DNA of 64,000 nt, from sequence record KJ019086.1. One strand, written 5' to 3'. The notes under the pieces are model-generated. The model saw nothing but the letters and a program-made list of their open reading frames with translations, was not told the origin of the DNA and searched no databases. Of the stretch, positions 1 to 9,589 are shown one piece after another. The translations under genes and the position numbers were made by a program. Position 1 is the stretch's first letter, and each line of letters begins with the position of its first letter.

Positions 1-927
1 ATGTCATTCGCCAATTTAAAGAAGCAATCCTCCCTAGGGAGTCTCACCGAGAAGTTGGTGAAAGAAGTAGAGAAGATGAATAATACACAGTCCGGTGGTG
101 AAGACGACCGTTACTGGAAACTCACATGTGACAAGTCACAGAACGGATATGCAGTTATCCGTTTCCTCCCTGCACCAGACAGTGAGGATATGCCTTTCGT
201 GAAACTATACTCCCACGCCTTCCAATCAAAGGGTGGTTGGTTTATCGAAAACAGTCTAACTACACTCAATCAGAAAGATCCTGTATCTGAGTATAACTCT
301 GAACTCTGGAACAACGGAACTGAAGCAGGTAAAGAACAGGCACGTAAGCAGAAGCGTAAGCTCACCTATATCGCTAACATCTACGTAGTAAAGGATCCAG
401 CTAACCCTGAGAACGAAGGTGGAGTATTCCTCTACAAGTTCGGTAAGAAGATCTTTGACAAACTCATGAGTGCCATGCAACCTGAGTTTGAAGATGAAGA
501 TGCCATCAACCCCTTTGATTTCTGGGAAGGTGCAAACTTCAACCTCAAGGCTAAGAGCGTTGCAGGTTATCGTAACTACGACTCCTCTGGATTCGGTAAG
601 GTTACTTCCCTCAACGATGATGATGAGGTTCTAGAAGGTGTCTGGAAGAAAGAATACTCTCTTGCTGAACTCGTAGCCCCTGATCAGTTCAAGGACTATG
701 AGACACTCAAGAAGCGTATGAATCAAGTTCTAGGACTTGGTGGCACTTCACGTCCAGCACCACAAGAAGACACTGAAGACGATAACATTGAGTCTCAGTT
801 GCGTTCTTCACGTCCTGCCTTCGCTAAGGAAGAAAGCTCATACTCTGAACCTGAGCTACCTTCTATGAGTTCTAGTGATGAAGATCAATCTGCTCTCGAT
901 TATTTTCAATCTTTAGCCTCTGACTGA
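1..927 (+). CDS. gp32: T4 gp32-like single-stranded DNA-binding protein
   Basis: GYAVIRFLPAP, HAFQ-GGWFIENSLTT, KFGKKIFDK, PFDFWEGANF motifs and acidic tail ending YFQSLASD, typical of cyanophage gp32. Confidence 0.95.
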   Translation: MSFANLKKQSSLGSLTEKLVKEVEKMNNTQSGGEDDRYWKLTCDKSQNGYAVIRFLPAPDSEDMPFVKLYSHAFQSKGGWFIENSLTTLNQKDPVSEYNSELWNNGTEAGKEQARKQKRKLTYIANIYVVKDPANPENEGGVFLYKFGKKIFDKLMSAMQPEFEDEDAINPFDFWEGANFNLKAKSVAGYRNYDSSGFGKVTSLNDDDEVLEGVWKKEYSLAELVAPDQFKDYETLKKRMNQVLGLGGTSRPAPQEDTEDDNIESQLRSSRPAFAKEESSYSEPELPSMSSSDEDQSALDYFQSLASD

Positions 928-935
928 TAAGTTTC

Positions 936-960
936 GGGATCCTACGGGATCCCTTTTTTT
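936..960 (+). terminator. Rho-independent terminator after gp32
   Basis: Perfect stem GGGATCC/GGATCCC with TACG (UNCG-type) loop followed by a T-run. Confidence 0.9.
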
Positions 961-974
961 ATACAAATAAGATA

Positions 975-1175
975 ATGAAACTTACAAGAGGAACAAAGGT
1001 TATTGGTTGTCTAATGATTGCAGCTCTCTTCTATACGATGGGACTTAATCAACATAAATCAAACATCATCAGGTCTACAATTATTGATAAGTGTGCGGAT
1101 AAAACACCTAGAAGATATACCAGCTGCGCAGCTAATGTAATACAAAATATAAACAGCTGGACGAACAACAATTAA
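975..1175 (+). CDS. Hypothetical protein with N-terminal hydrophobic segment
   Basis: 66-aa ORF between the terminator and petE. Confidence 0.6.
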   Translation: MKLTRGTKVIGCLMIAALFYTMGLNQHKSNIIRSTIIDKCADKTPRRYTSCAANVIQNINSWTNNN

Positions 1176-1187
1176 CGGAGAAACATT

Positions 1188-1511
1188 ATGAAAATCGTAT
1201 TAGCTATTGTAGCTGCCTTCTTTCTTGCACTTCCTGCTTATGCTGCTGATGTTCAAATGGGTTTCAACGGAAACCTGGTATTTGAACCTAATGAACTCAC
1301 AATCTCCGCAGGAGATACAGTCCACTTTCTGAATGATATGCTTCCTCCACATAATATTATTGTGGAGGCTAGACCTGACCTTTCACGAGAGTCACTTATG
1401 TTTAACCCCGGTGAGTCACAAGATATTGTGTTCGCTGATGTAGGTGACTATGAGTTCTTCTGTGGTCCTCATCAGGGAGCCGGAATGACCGGAGTGATTC
1501 ACGTTGAGTGA
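1188..1511 (+). CDS. petE: Plastocyanin (auxiliary metabolic gene)
   Basis: Signal peptide ending AYA; type-1 copper ligands PPHN...FCGPHQGAGM; GGAG RBS. Confidence 0.95.
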   Translation: MKIVLAIVAAFFLALPAYAADVQMGFNGNLVFEPNELTISAGDTVHFLNDMLPPHNIIVEARPDLSRESLMFNPGESQDIVFADVGDYEFFCGPHQGAGMTGVIHVE

Positions 1512-1892
1512 TCAGTTCTGAACAAGATACTTTAGAGGTAGAGTCAATGCTGTCTTTACCTCTATAGTTTTTAACTCATAATACGAAGTTGCACTCTGGT
1601 TCCAGTCATACTGACGAACCTTATTTAAGTGCATATTATATCCAACAAACCCCCAGTTATACACTGCGTTCACCGATGTAATCGGATACTGATCGTAGAG
1701 TAGATTGGGGGTTTTTGCGTAGTAATTGTAAATATATACCTTTCCTGGTAGGGGTGCATTGACTTCAGTATCCTTGAGTCTAGCCATCACCAAGTCCATA
1801 ATATCATCAGACTTTTCTGTTCCAATTAGATTATCTAGAATAGGTTTCAGCCTATTAGAACTCTTCTGTTGGGATACCTTCTTTCTAGCCAT
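1512..1892 (-). CDS. T4 gp2-like DNA end protector protein
   Basis: YxAKTPNLLYDQYP and WGFVGYNMH motifs as in cyanophage gp2-like proteins; coupled to gp4. Confidence 0.65.
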   Translation of the reverse strand: MARKKVSQQKSSNRLKPILDNLIGTEKSDDIMDLVMARLKDTEVNAPLPGKVYIYNYYAKTPNLLYDQYPITSVNAVYNWGFVGYNMHLNKVRQYDWNQSATSYYELKTIEVKTALTLPLKYLVQN

Positions 1893-2325
1893 TCTTAAAT
1901 AGATCCTTTTCTGTTAGTATTCTGAACTCAAGTCCATTATCTTCGCAGAACTCCTCTGCCGCCCTCCACTTAGCAGTGTTTTGTGCGTAGAGTGACTCAG
2001 CAATCATCACATTCTTAGTCCGCTTGGTGTATTTGGGTGGACTACACTCACGGTGGGGTTTGATTTCAATGAGACACTTCTTAATTCCACCACCCTTCTT
2101 CACATACTCCACATAGAAATCTGGGAAATACCTGGCTACTTTTTTCTTCATGGGGTTCCAATACTTGATGGCGATTTCTTCAGAGCCCCAACGTTGGACA
2201 GTTTCTCTACTATCCAAATAAACCATGAATTTTCGTTCCCACCCAGATCTATAGATAATCTGATTGGGATTTCCAATATACTTTTTGGGATTAGAGGGTT
2301 TGTAAACACCCTTCATGCTTGCCAT
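1885..2325 (-). CDS. gp4: T4 gp4-like head completion nuclease
   Basis: YKPSNPKKYIGNP, IIYRSGWERKFM, YFPDF, IEIKP (TnsA-like PD-(D/E)xK). Confidence 0.92.
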   Translation of the reverse strand: MASMKGVYKPSNPKKYIGNPNQIIYRSGWERKFMVYLDSRETVQRWGSEEIAIKYWNPMKKKVARYFPDFYVEYVKKGGGIKKCLIEIKPHRECSPPKYTKRTKNVMIAESLYAQNTAKWRAAEEFCEDNGLEFRILTEKDLFKNG

Positions 2326-2355
2326 ATAAATAATAATAGTCCCTAGTAGTATTTA
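2325..2355. promoter_or_regulatory. Back-to-back T4-type late promoters
   Basis: TATAAATA at 2325-2332 (+) and TATTTA at 2350-2355 (TAAATA on -) in the 35-bp gap between divergent genes. Confidence 0.7.
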
Positions 2356-2360
2356 GTAGA

Positions 2361-3107
2361 GTGAGAAGAGATCTAACCCTACAGGATGTTCGTCCTCTAA
2401 TAGGGAACTTATCACGGACAAATATCTACCAAGTGCAATTTGGTGGATTGAGTCCTGGTCTTATTGGATATCTAGCTTCTAGGAGTGTTGGTCCCCAGTT
2501 TATCGCAGATGGTGCTGGTTTGATGTGCTATGAAGCTTCCCTACCAGGATCATCACTATCACAAGTTCAGAGTTCTAACTTCCACGGAGTGGTAGAGAAC
2601 TTCGCACACACAAGAGTATTCACACCCATTACCTTATCATTCTATTGTGACAGTGGTTATCAAACACTGAGAATGTTGGAACACTGGATGGAGTATGTTG
2701 TCAGTGGAAATGGAACAGCAGGAATGGCATATGGTGGAAATAACTATAACTATCGTCTAAAGTATCCCAATGACCCATCAGATGGGTATAAGTGTGACTC
2801 TACTAGTGTATATAAGTTTGAAGGTGACAGGGAAAATGGAAGTGTGATGGAGTATTCCTTCATTGGACTGTATCCTTCCAACCTATCCTCAGTCCCTGTT
2901 AGATACGGACCCAATAATGAGATTACTAGAGTAACTTGTAGTTTCTCCTATGATAGGTATGTTGCTGGATCTAAAAGAAGTTTTGATTGGGTTCTTGGTA
3001 ACTCTAACAATAGAGATCAATCTAACGGTAACTTTATTAATCAAACAGTTAGGGATCTTTTGGATGTTGGTGTTGACTTTGTTGGTAACATCCTAAACAG
3101 GAGATAA
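2361..3107 (+). CDS. Tail tube-like / gp54-like baseplate tail-tube initiator
   Basis: GTG start; CxEASLPGSS, F-HTRVFTPITLSFY, WMEY motifs of the gp19/gp54 fold; position before gp48. Confidence 0.7.
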   Translation: MRRDLTLQDVRPLIGNLSRTNIYQVQFGGLSPGLIGYLASRSVGPQFIADGAGLMCYEASLPGSSLSQVQSSNFHGVVENFAHTRVFTPITLSFYCDSGYQTLRMLEHWMEYVVSGNGTAGMAYGGNNYNYRLKYPNDPSDGYKCDSTSVYKFEGDRENGSVMEYSFIGLYPSNLSSVPVRYGPNNEITRVTCSFSYDRYVAGSKRSFDWVLGNSNNRDQSNGNFINQTVRDLLDVGVDFVGNILNRR

Positions 3108-3110
3108 ATA
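3104..3110 (+). promoter_or_regulatory. Late promoter
   Basis: ATAAATA immediately upstream of gp48. Confidence 0.55.
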
Positions 3111-3115
3111 GTAAT

Positions 3116-4075
3116 ATGGCAAAATCTAAGAAACAACTAAGATACCCACTTACTAGGATTGAGTCCAACTCCGACTATCTATCTATTAATGTGTGTAAAT
3201 ATAATCCACCAGGTTTTACTGGGGGTAACACTGCTGATACTATGTTCGATATCCCATCCAGCACTAGTATAGGTGGTGGTGGTAACTGCTCAAAGAAATC
3301 TATTGAGGGTAATATTTTATTGCCCATGCCTGATTCAATCGTAGACTCAAATATAACTAACTGGGAGAGTAATGAGATTAATAGTGTAGCTGCTTCTGCT
3401 ATTGGCAGTATCAAACAGGGATTGGAGGAATTTACACTAGATAGTATGATAAACAGCCCAGGCAAAAAACTCACAGATGGGTTAGCGCGTGCACAAACTA
3501 CAGCAAGTAACGCTTTAGACGCCGCAAAGGATCCAGCTGTTTCTGCTGCTTTGGAAAACTACTTTATTGGTAATGCTGTTAATCTATTTGGTGCAAACGT
3601 AGACGCAACATCACTCCTATCCAGAGAAAAGGGTTTAGTTCTTAACCCAAACATGGAGTTTCTATTCAAAGGTGTTCAACTTCGATCTTTCGACTTCACC
3701 TTTGTCATGAACCCCAGAAGTAGACAGGAGTCTATCGAGGTTAAATCTATCATCAATACTTTCAAGAAGAGAATGGCAGCTAAGAGTAGTGCTGAGGGAT
3801 CAGGACCTAGAGGGTTATTTGTCAAAGCGCCTGATGTATTTGAACTCCAATTTAAGAGGGGTTCTTCCAAACATCCTTTCTTATATACTATGAAGACTTG
3901 CGCACTCACAAAGATGACTGTAGATTATATGAGAACTGGTAATTATATCACATATGAGGATAGTACTCCAGTTCAATTAGCAATGGCTTTGAGTTTCACT
4001 GAACTCAACCCAATATACGCAGAGGATTATGATATGAATAACCTACCTGGTGCAGATGAAGGAGTTGGATTCTAA
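3116..4075 (+). CDS. gp48: Baseplate tail-tube cap gp48-like
   Basis: LRYP, LPMP, VLNPNMEFLFKGVQLRSFDFTF, CALTKMTVDY, LSFTELNPIY. Confidence 0.85.
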   Translation: MAKSKKQLRYPLTRIESNSDYLSINVCKYNPPGFTGGNTADTMFDIPSSTSIGGGGNCSKKSIEGNILLPMPDSIVDSNITNWESNEINSVAASAIGSIKQGLEEFTLDSMINSPGKKLTDGLARAQTTASNALDAAKDPAVSAALENYFIGNAVNLFGANVDATSLLSREKGLVLNPNMEFLFKGVQLRSFDFTFVMNPRSRQESIEVKSIINTFKKRMAAKSSAEGSGPRGLFVKAPDVFELQFKRGSSKHPFLYTMKTCALTKMTVDYMRTGNYITYEDSTPVQLAMALSFTELNPIYAEDYDMNNLPGADEGVGF

Positions 4076-4734
4076 TGACTTATTTTAGAGAGCTACCAAA
4101 CTTAGAGTACGAAAACTTTCTATCAGATTCTACTGGATCTGGTGATTATATCCTAATGAAGAATATCTTCGTTAGGGGGAAGCTTCGTGATGACTTACAA
4201 AATGTATTAACTCTATTCAATAAGTATATTATTGAAGAGGATGAGAGGCCAGATCAGATTGCTCTGAAACTATATGGTGATCCAGGTTTAGATTGGGTTA
4301 TTCGTATGGTGGGTGAAATTACTAACATGCCCAACGATTGGCCAATATCTTCACAACAACTCTATGAGTTCTGTGTGGAAAAGTATGATGGTGAGAAGGG
4401 TATGAATGGTGTTAAGTATTATCAAACTACTGAAGTTAAAGACTCACAGGGTAGAATATTACTAGCAGCTGGTCTCACAGTTGATAAGAACTTCACAATC
4501 CCTGATCCCGATCCAGATCACCAGGGTAATATTATTAATCCAACTGAACCAGTTACTAACTACGCATACGAAACCAATCTTAACGATAGTAAGAGGGAAC
4601 TATATGTATTGAAGAAGTCGTTCATTGGTCAGTTTGTGAGTGATATGAGAGATATTAATACATATGGATTCAACTCTGAGTTTGTGAATTCTAAAACTCT
4701 TCGTGTGGCAAACACTAGGGTAACCAATCCCTGA
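4075..4734 (+). CDS. gp53: Baseplate wedge protein gp53
   Basis: MTYFRELPN, ERPDQIALKLYGDP-LDWV (LysM-like), WP motif. Confidence 0.9.
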   Translation: MTYFRELPNLEYENFLSDSTGSGDYILMKNIFVRGKLRDDLQNVLTLFNKYIIEEDERPDQIALKLYGDPGLDWVIRMVGEITNMPNDWPISSQQLYEFCVEKYDGEKGMNGVKYYQTTEVKDSQGRILLAAGLTVDKNFTIPDPDPDHQGNIINPTEPVTNYAYETNLNDSKRELYVLKKSFIGQFVSDMRDINTYGFNSEFVNSKTLRVANTRVTNP

Positions 4735-4740
4735 TAAATA
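4734..4740 (+). promoter_or_regulatory. Late promoter
   Basis: ATAAATA upstream of gp26. Confidence 0.55.
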
Positions 4741-4770
4741 CAGCATACCTTTCTATATTATTCTTACATC

Positions 4771-5481
4771 ATGGCGTTACCTAAGATTGCCAAGATAACC
4801 TATGAATTGGTTATTCCTTCCACTGGCAAAAAGATTAAGTATAGACCTTTTCTAGTTAAAGAAGAGAAAGTTCTTATTCTTGCACAAGAATCTGGTTCCC
4901 AAACGGAAATGACCAGAGCTATTAAAGATGTTATCTCTGCTTGTGTTCAAACTCGTGGATTTAAGGTCGATCAGATGGCAACCTTTGATATTGAGTATGT
5001 CTTCTTAAACATTAGGGGGAGATCTGTCGGTGAATCTGTGGATGTTATCGTCACCTGTCCAGATGACGAAAAGACTACAGTTCCCGTTACTATTTATCTA
5101 GATGAAATTGAGGTTATCTTTGATGAAAACCACGAGGCAAACATCAAGTTAGATGATACTTACTCTGTACAGATGAAGTATCCCACTATGGAACAGGTCA
5201 TGGAAGCAGATGCTGACAACATCTCCATCCAAGAAAGTCTAGAACTGATTGCCAAGTGTATTGATCAGATTTATAGTGAAGAGGAATCTTTCGCCGCTTC
5301 TGATTCTTCACTGAAGGAACTTGTATCATGGGTAGAGGATCTGGAACCTAAACAGTTTACTAAACTAGAGAACTTCTTCACCACCATGCCTAAGTTATCA
5401 CATACTATTAATGTGATGAACCCAGAAACAGATGTTGAGAGTTCTGTCGTATTGGAGGGACTGGGTAGTTTTTTCGCGTAA
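4771..5481 (+). CDS. gp26: Baseplate hub subunit gp26
   Basis: MALPKI, YRPFLVKEEKVL, FDIEYVFLNIRGRSVGE, FFTTMPKLSH. Confidence 0.9.
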   Translation: MALPKIAKITYELVIPSTGKKIKYRPFLVKEEKVLILAQESGSQTEMTRAIKDVISACVQTRGFKVDQMATFDIEYVFLNIRGRSVGESVDVIVTCPDDEKTTVPVTIYLDEIEVIFDENHEANIKLDDTYSVQMKYPTMEQVMEADADNISIQESLELIAKCIDQIYSEEESFAASDSSLKELVSWVEDLEPKQFTKLENFFTTMPKLSHTINVMNPETDVESSVVLEGLGSFFA

Positions 5482-5483
5482 GT

Positions 5484-5663
5484 ATGGCTCACATGGATCT
5501 AGAGTCATACTATAAGACCAACTTTGCACTGATGCAACACCACAAGTACAACCTCTCCGATATTGAAGATATGATCCCATGGGAGAGGGACATCTATGTT
5601 ACTCTACTCAAGAACTGGATTGAGGAAGAGGAACAACGAATCGCACAACAGCAGAAAGGATGA
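5484..5663 (+). CDS. gp51: Baseplate hub assembly protein gp51 (59 aa, not in ORF track)
   Basis: Hand translation MAHMDLESYYKTNFALMQHHKYNLSDIEDMIPWERDIYVTLLKNWIEEEEQRIAQQQKG; stop overlaps next ATG. Confidence 0.85.
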   Translation: MAHMDLESYYKTNFALMQHHKYNLSDIEDMIPWERDIYVTLLKNWIEEEEQRIAQQQKG

Positions 5664-7594
5664 GTTTATTCACCTCCGCTACTTCAGGTGTAGATCCCCA
5701 AACAGGATCTTACCTCTCTAAGGAACAAAGAGTTGCGATGTTCCAATCCTCCCGTGGTCGTGGAGGTGGTGGAAGCGCTACGCCTGAAGGTAAAAGAGGT
5801 AAAGTTGCACCACAGAATGCCATTGTTGTAGCAAACAAGATGGCACAGGTGGTTCAGACACTCCAGACAAATACACAGGAGACTGTTCAAGCTGTTAATG
5901 TAAAGGTTCAAGAGAACGCACAAAATATTGAAAACCTCTACAAATCTGTTCAGAATAACAGATCAGCAGAGGCTAAGGAAGAAAAAGCAGAGACAAAAGA
6001 TTTAAGAGCAGACAGAGAGAATGCACTAAGGGCAGGTAAAGAGAAACTTATTGAGGGCATGTCATCAGCTGTTGCTGGTCTTGTCGGTGTAGGTAAGAGG
6101 GCAGCTGATGCTGCACTTAAACCCGTTATGGGTTTCTGGGAAAAGATTAAAGGATTCTTGCTTAATATAGCAGCAGCTTGGGCTATTAAGAATCTCCCAG
6201 TTATTATGGGTTATGTTGAAGATTTTGTTAGTTGGTTAGGTGACTTTAAGAGTTGGTTGCCTAAGTCTCTTACGGGTCTTCGTGGTGTATGGTCTATTGC
6301 GGATAATATTATCCGAGCAATGTGGCGCGGTTTCAGTCGTATTGGCGGCACAATATTCCGTATAGCTACATGGTTAACTAGAAAGCTATTTTCACTACTC
6401 AAGAGAATATTTGCACCTATTGGTAGATTTATTTCAAGAATAGTAGGTGGTATTGTTGACTTCCTGAGACCAATAGTATCTAGAGCACTGAGAGGTTTGG
6501 GTGATGCACTTGGTGGAATGGGGAACTCCATCAATCGAGCTTTTGGTGGTGGTGGTAGTTCCAGTAGTCTAGGTGGAGTTAAAGGTGGCGCTGGTGTTGA
6601 TCCTGGTCAGAAGGCAATAGCTGGAGCTGCCGAAGAAGGTGGCGGTCTTTTTGCAAGGTTCAACAGATTCCTCAAAGGGCTGACGCAGAAAGGCAAGGCT
6701 GCTTTTTCTAAAGGTCAAGAGTTATTTGCGAGTGGTGGTAAAAAGATTCAGCAGGGTATAGGTGCAATACAGGAAACCACCACTGGAGTTAAACCGCAAC
6801 CCGAAAAACATGCGGGATGGCTTAAAAAAGCACTAACTCCTATTGGTGACCTTCTTCCCGGTATGAAGGGAGCACTTAGTGGTATAGGTAAACTAGTCAA
6901 TGGTGTTCTTAAAGTTGTTCCTGGTATTGGTTTTGCTATTGATTTGGCTCTAAACAAGGGAATCAATGGTGATGACTGGACTACTGCTATTGTAGCCGCT
7001 CTTGGTTCCTCTGTCGCTGGTGGTATTGGTATTGCTGGTGGTGCTAAGATTGGTGGTGGAGTTGGTTTTGCTCTTGGTACTGCTATTCCTGGTATAGGTA
7101 ACATTGTTGGTGCCGCTATTGGTGCCGGTCTTGGTGGTATTATCGGTGGTATTGCTGGCGGTGCTCTTGGTGATACTGCAGCCAGAATGGGTCTGGATGC
7201 ATTAAATATAGGAGAAAGTGCTCAGTCGGAAAACAAACCAGCTGATGTGAGTTCTCCTGGAGGTGCGATGGATCTTGAGGGTGGTGCTCACGAAACAGTA
7301 CCTGCTAGTTCTGTGGGAGCTACAACTAACAATAACTCAACATCAGGTATGGTTAGTAGTGCAACCAGTGGTAGTAGCACACCAGAAGGTATGTCAGAAC
7401 CAAACGGTGGTAATACTACTTCTGTTGAAACCATTAATCTAGCTCCTAATGTTGTAGATAGTGGTAAGGAGGATAGTTCTGGAAAACTTGAAGTGCCGTC
7501 TATGATTGATGATAACCCCTTCTGGCAGACAGCAGATCCAGCTTCTGATATGTACAGGAGTTTCGCTTCAACTGAATATGAGTTGGTACACTAA
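5660..7594 (+). CDS. Putative tape-measure / gp29-like hub protein
   Basis: 644 aa, coiled-coil N-terminus, amphipathic and Gly-zipper hydrophobic segments, located after gp51. Confidence 0.5.
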   Translation: MSLFTSATSGVDPQTGSYLSKEQRVAMFQSSRGRGGGGSATPEGKRGKVAPQNAIVVANKMAQVVQTLQTNTQETVQAVNVKVQENAQNIENLYKSVQNNRSAEAKEEKAETKDLRADRENALRAGKEKLIEGMSSAVAGLVGVGKRAADAALKPVMGFWEKIKGFLLNIAAAWAIKNLPVIMGYVEDFVSWLGDFKSWLPKSLTGLRGVWSIADNIIRAMWRGFSRIGGTIFRIATWLTRKLFSLLKRIFAPIGRFISRIVGGIVDFLRPIVSRALRGLGDALGGMGNSINRAFGGGGSSSSLGGVKGGAGVDPGQKAIAGAAEEGGGLFARFNRFLKGLTQKGKAAFSKGQELFASGGKKIQQGIGAIQETTTGVKPQPEKHAGWLKKALTPIGDLLPGMKGALSGIGKLVNGVLKVVPGIGFAIDLALNKGINGDDWTTAIVAALGSSVAGGIGIAGGAKIGGGVGFALGTAIPGIGNIVGAAIGAGLGGIIGGIAGGALGDTAARMGLDALNIGESAQSENKPADVSSPGGAMDLEGGAHETVPASSVGATTNNNSTSGMVSSATSGSSTPEGMSEPNGGNTTSVETINLAPNVVDSGKEDSSGKLEVPSMIDDNPFWQTADPASDMYRSFASTEYELVH

Positions 7595-9555
7595 TGGCAC
7601 AACCACAAATTGCTGCAAACAAAACTAAAGCTCTGAGAATTGGTCAGAGGTTGATGGTTGGTGCCAAGAGTTTTGGTAAAGGTGTCAGGAATAGTGTTGA
7701 TACTTCACAACAGGTTATCACTCAGAGTGCTCGTAAGATCAAATCAGATCAGAAAAGAATCAACACAGAGAATAGGAAGCAGCAAAGGTTTGAGGAAGCA
7801 GTACGGGAAGAAACAGAGAGAAGACAGAAATCCCTAACAAAGGGTGCATATGGTGTTGGTAGTGCTGCCAAGAAGCTAACCGAGAAGGTTGTGGTGGATC
7901 CAATGAAAGCTATTTGGAACATTATTGCTGCTTGGGCTATTAAGAATCTCCCAACTATTGTTGATGAAGTTAGAAAATTTGTAAAGAAAGTGAGGATTGT
8001 AATAGCTGCTATTAATAACGCGTTTAGAGCAACTGGTAACCTATTTAAGGGGTGGTTATCATATGGACAGGCTTGGCTGACAAATATGGTTACCTTTGAC
8101 TGGGGTGACTCCACAGGTAGGTTGGAAGACGCACAGGCTGAAATAGATAATAGTTATGATGAATTAGATGCAAGTTGGAATACTATCTACAATGTATGGG
8201 GTAAGGAGGAAGAAGAGTTAGACAAAATGCTAACTTGGTTGGATAGTGGTAAGACTGTTAAACAGGCTACTGATGCTATTACACAAGGTATTCCATTGCC
8301 ACAGACACCTGCTTTTGGTGATGGTAGTAGGGAAGGTGGCGGAGGTTATGGTGGATCAGGCATCCAAATGAGTGCTGATGAGCAACAACTTACAGAGTCA
8401 TTGATTGCCGGTGAGGAGGGGGTAAGAACCAAAGCATATCAGGATAGTGAAGGTATTTGGACAATTGGTTATGGTCAGACTAGAATTAATGGTCGTGCAG
8501 TAAGACCAGGTGATACAATAACAAAAGCACAAGCATTGAGTGGTTTTAGAGGTGCTCTTGCAGAACACCAACAAAGGGCAATCAATCAACTTGGTGAGGA
8601 GAGATGGTCACAACTGGACGCAAGATCTAGAGCAGTTCTCACCTCTATAACATACAACTATGGTAGTATTCCTGGTAGAGTTCTACCTGCTGCTAAAACT
8701 GGTAATGCTGAAGACATTGCTGTAGCGATGAATAGTTTGTATGGAGATAATAGAGGAGTTCTAAAAGGTAGAAGACAGAGAGAGCAATCTATTCTTAGGG
8801 GCGGTACTTCTTCCTACTTAGATAAAGACTTTATGGCTGGTGGTCAATTTGCAGGCTCTGGTACTGGTCCTCTAGTCATGGGTGGTGGAAATGAATCTAG
8901 TTCAGGTTCAATATCTTCATCTGGAGGCACAACCAACACGACTGCAATGAAGAAAGGTGATATGGTTGGTGGTTTTAGTGTTAGTTCTGCATTTGGACGT
9001 AGAGCTGCACCTACTGCTGGTGCTAGTTCTAATCATGGGGGTCTTGATATTGCTACTCCACAAGGAACATACTTAGCTTTTGATGTTGATGTTGAGATTA
9101 TGTTCGCTGGTTCAGCTGGTGGATATGGATATGTCATTGATGCTTGGTCGGCATCATTAGGAATTCAGTTCCGTTGTGCTCACATGTCAGTATTAATGTG
9201 TAACCCAGGACAGAAAGTTCGTGCTGGAACTGCTGTTGGTAGAACTGGTGGTGCAGTGGGAAGTCGTGGAGCTGGTACATCCACTGGACCTCATCTTCAC
9301 TTTGAAGTGAGTAATCAGAAGGGTTCTGCTAACTATGGTGGTTCAAATAGTGCTAGTATGTTAGCCAGATACGCAAAACACTTAATCCTTAGCTCATCTA
9401 AACCACAACCACAGTCACTCAGACCAGCTACAGTGAGTTCTTCCTCACAGCAAACCGCTAATCAACTTAACTCTTCTGCTTCCTCCAGAAGAACTAATGG
9501 TAGGAGAACTGATCAAAAAATAATACTAATCAAGGAAAATACTATTATTAAATAA
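7594..9555 (+). CDS. Virion muralytic protein: GH24 lysozyme + M23 peptidase domains
   Basis: EEGVRTKAYQDSEGIWTIGYG gives the E-x8-D-x5-T triad of T4-type lysozymes; HGGLD (HxxxD) and GPHLHFEV (HxH) of M23. Confidence 0.85.
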   Translation: MAQPQIAANKTKALRIGQRLMVGAKSFGKGVRNSVDTSQQVITQSARKIKSDQKRINTENRKQQRFEEAVREETERRQKSLTKGAYGVGSAAKKLTEKVVVDPMKAIWNIIAAWAIKNLPTIVDEVRKFVKKVRIVIAAINNAFRATGNLFKGWLSYGQAWLTNMVTFDWGDSTGRLEDAQAEIDNSYDELDASWNTIYNVWGKEEEELDKMLTWLDSGKTVKQATDAITQGIPLPQTPAFGDGSREGGGGYGGSGIQMSADEQQLTESLIAGEEGVRTKAYQDSEGIWTIGYGQTRINGRAVRPGDTITKAQALSGFRGALAEHQQRAINQLGEERWSQLDARSRAVLTSITYNYGSIPGRVLPAAKTGNAEDIAVAMNSLYGDNRGVLKGRRQREQSILRGGTSSYLDKDFMAGGQFAGSGTGPLVMGGGNESSSGSISSSGGTTNTTAMKKGDMVGGFSVSSAFGRRAAPTAGASSNHGGLDIATPQGTYLAFDVDVEIMFAGSAGGYGYVIDAWSASLGIQFRCAHMSVLMCNPGQKVRAGTAVGRTGGAVGSRGAGTSTGPHLHFEVSNQKGSANYGGSNSASMLARYAKHLILSSSKPQPQSLRPATVSSSSQQTANQLNSSASSRRTNGRRTDQKIILIKENTIIK

Positions 9556-9557
9556 CC

Positions 9558-9565
9558 TATAAATA
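9558..9565 (+). promoter_or_regulatory. Late promoter
   Basis: TATAAATA upstream of 9590. Confidence 0.7.
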
Positions 9566-9589
9566 CCTAATATAGGTGTGTAAGGTGTA

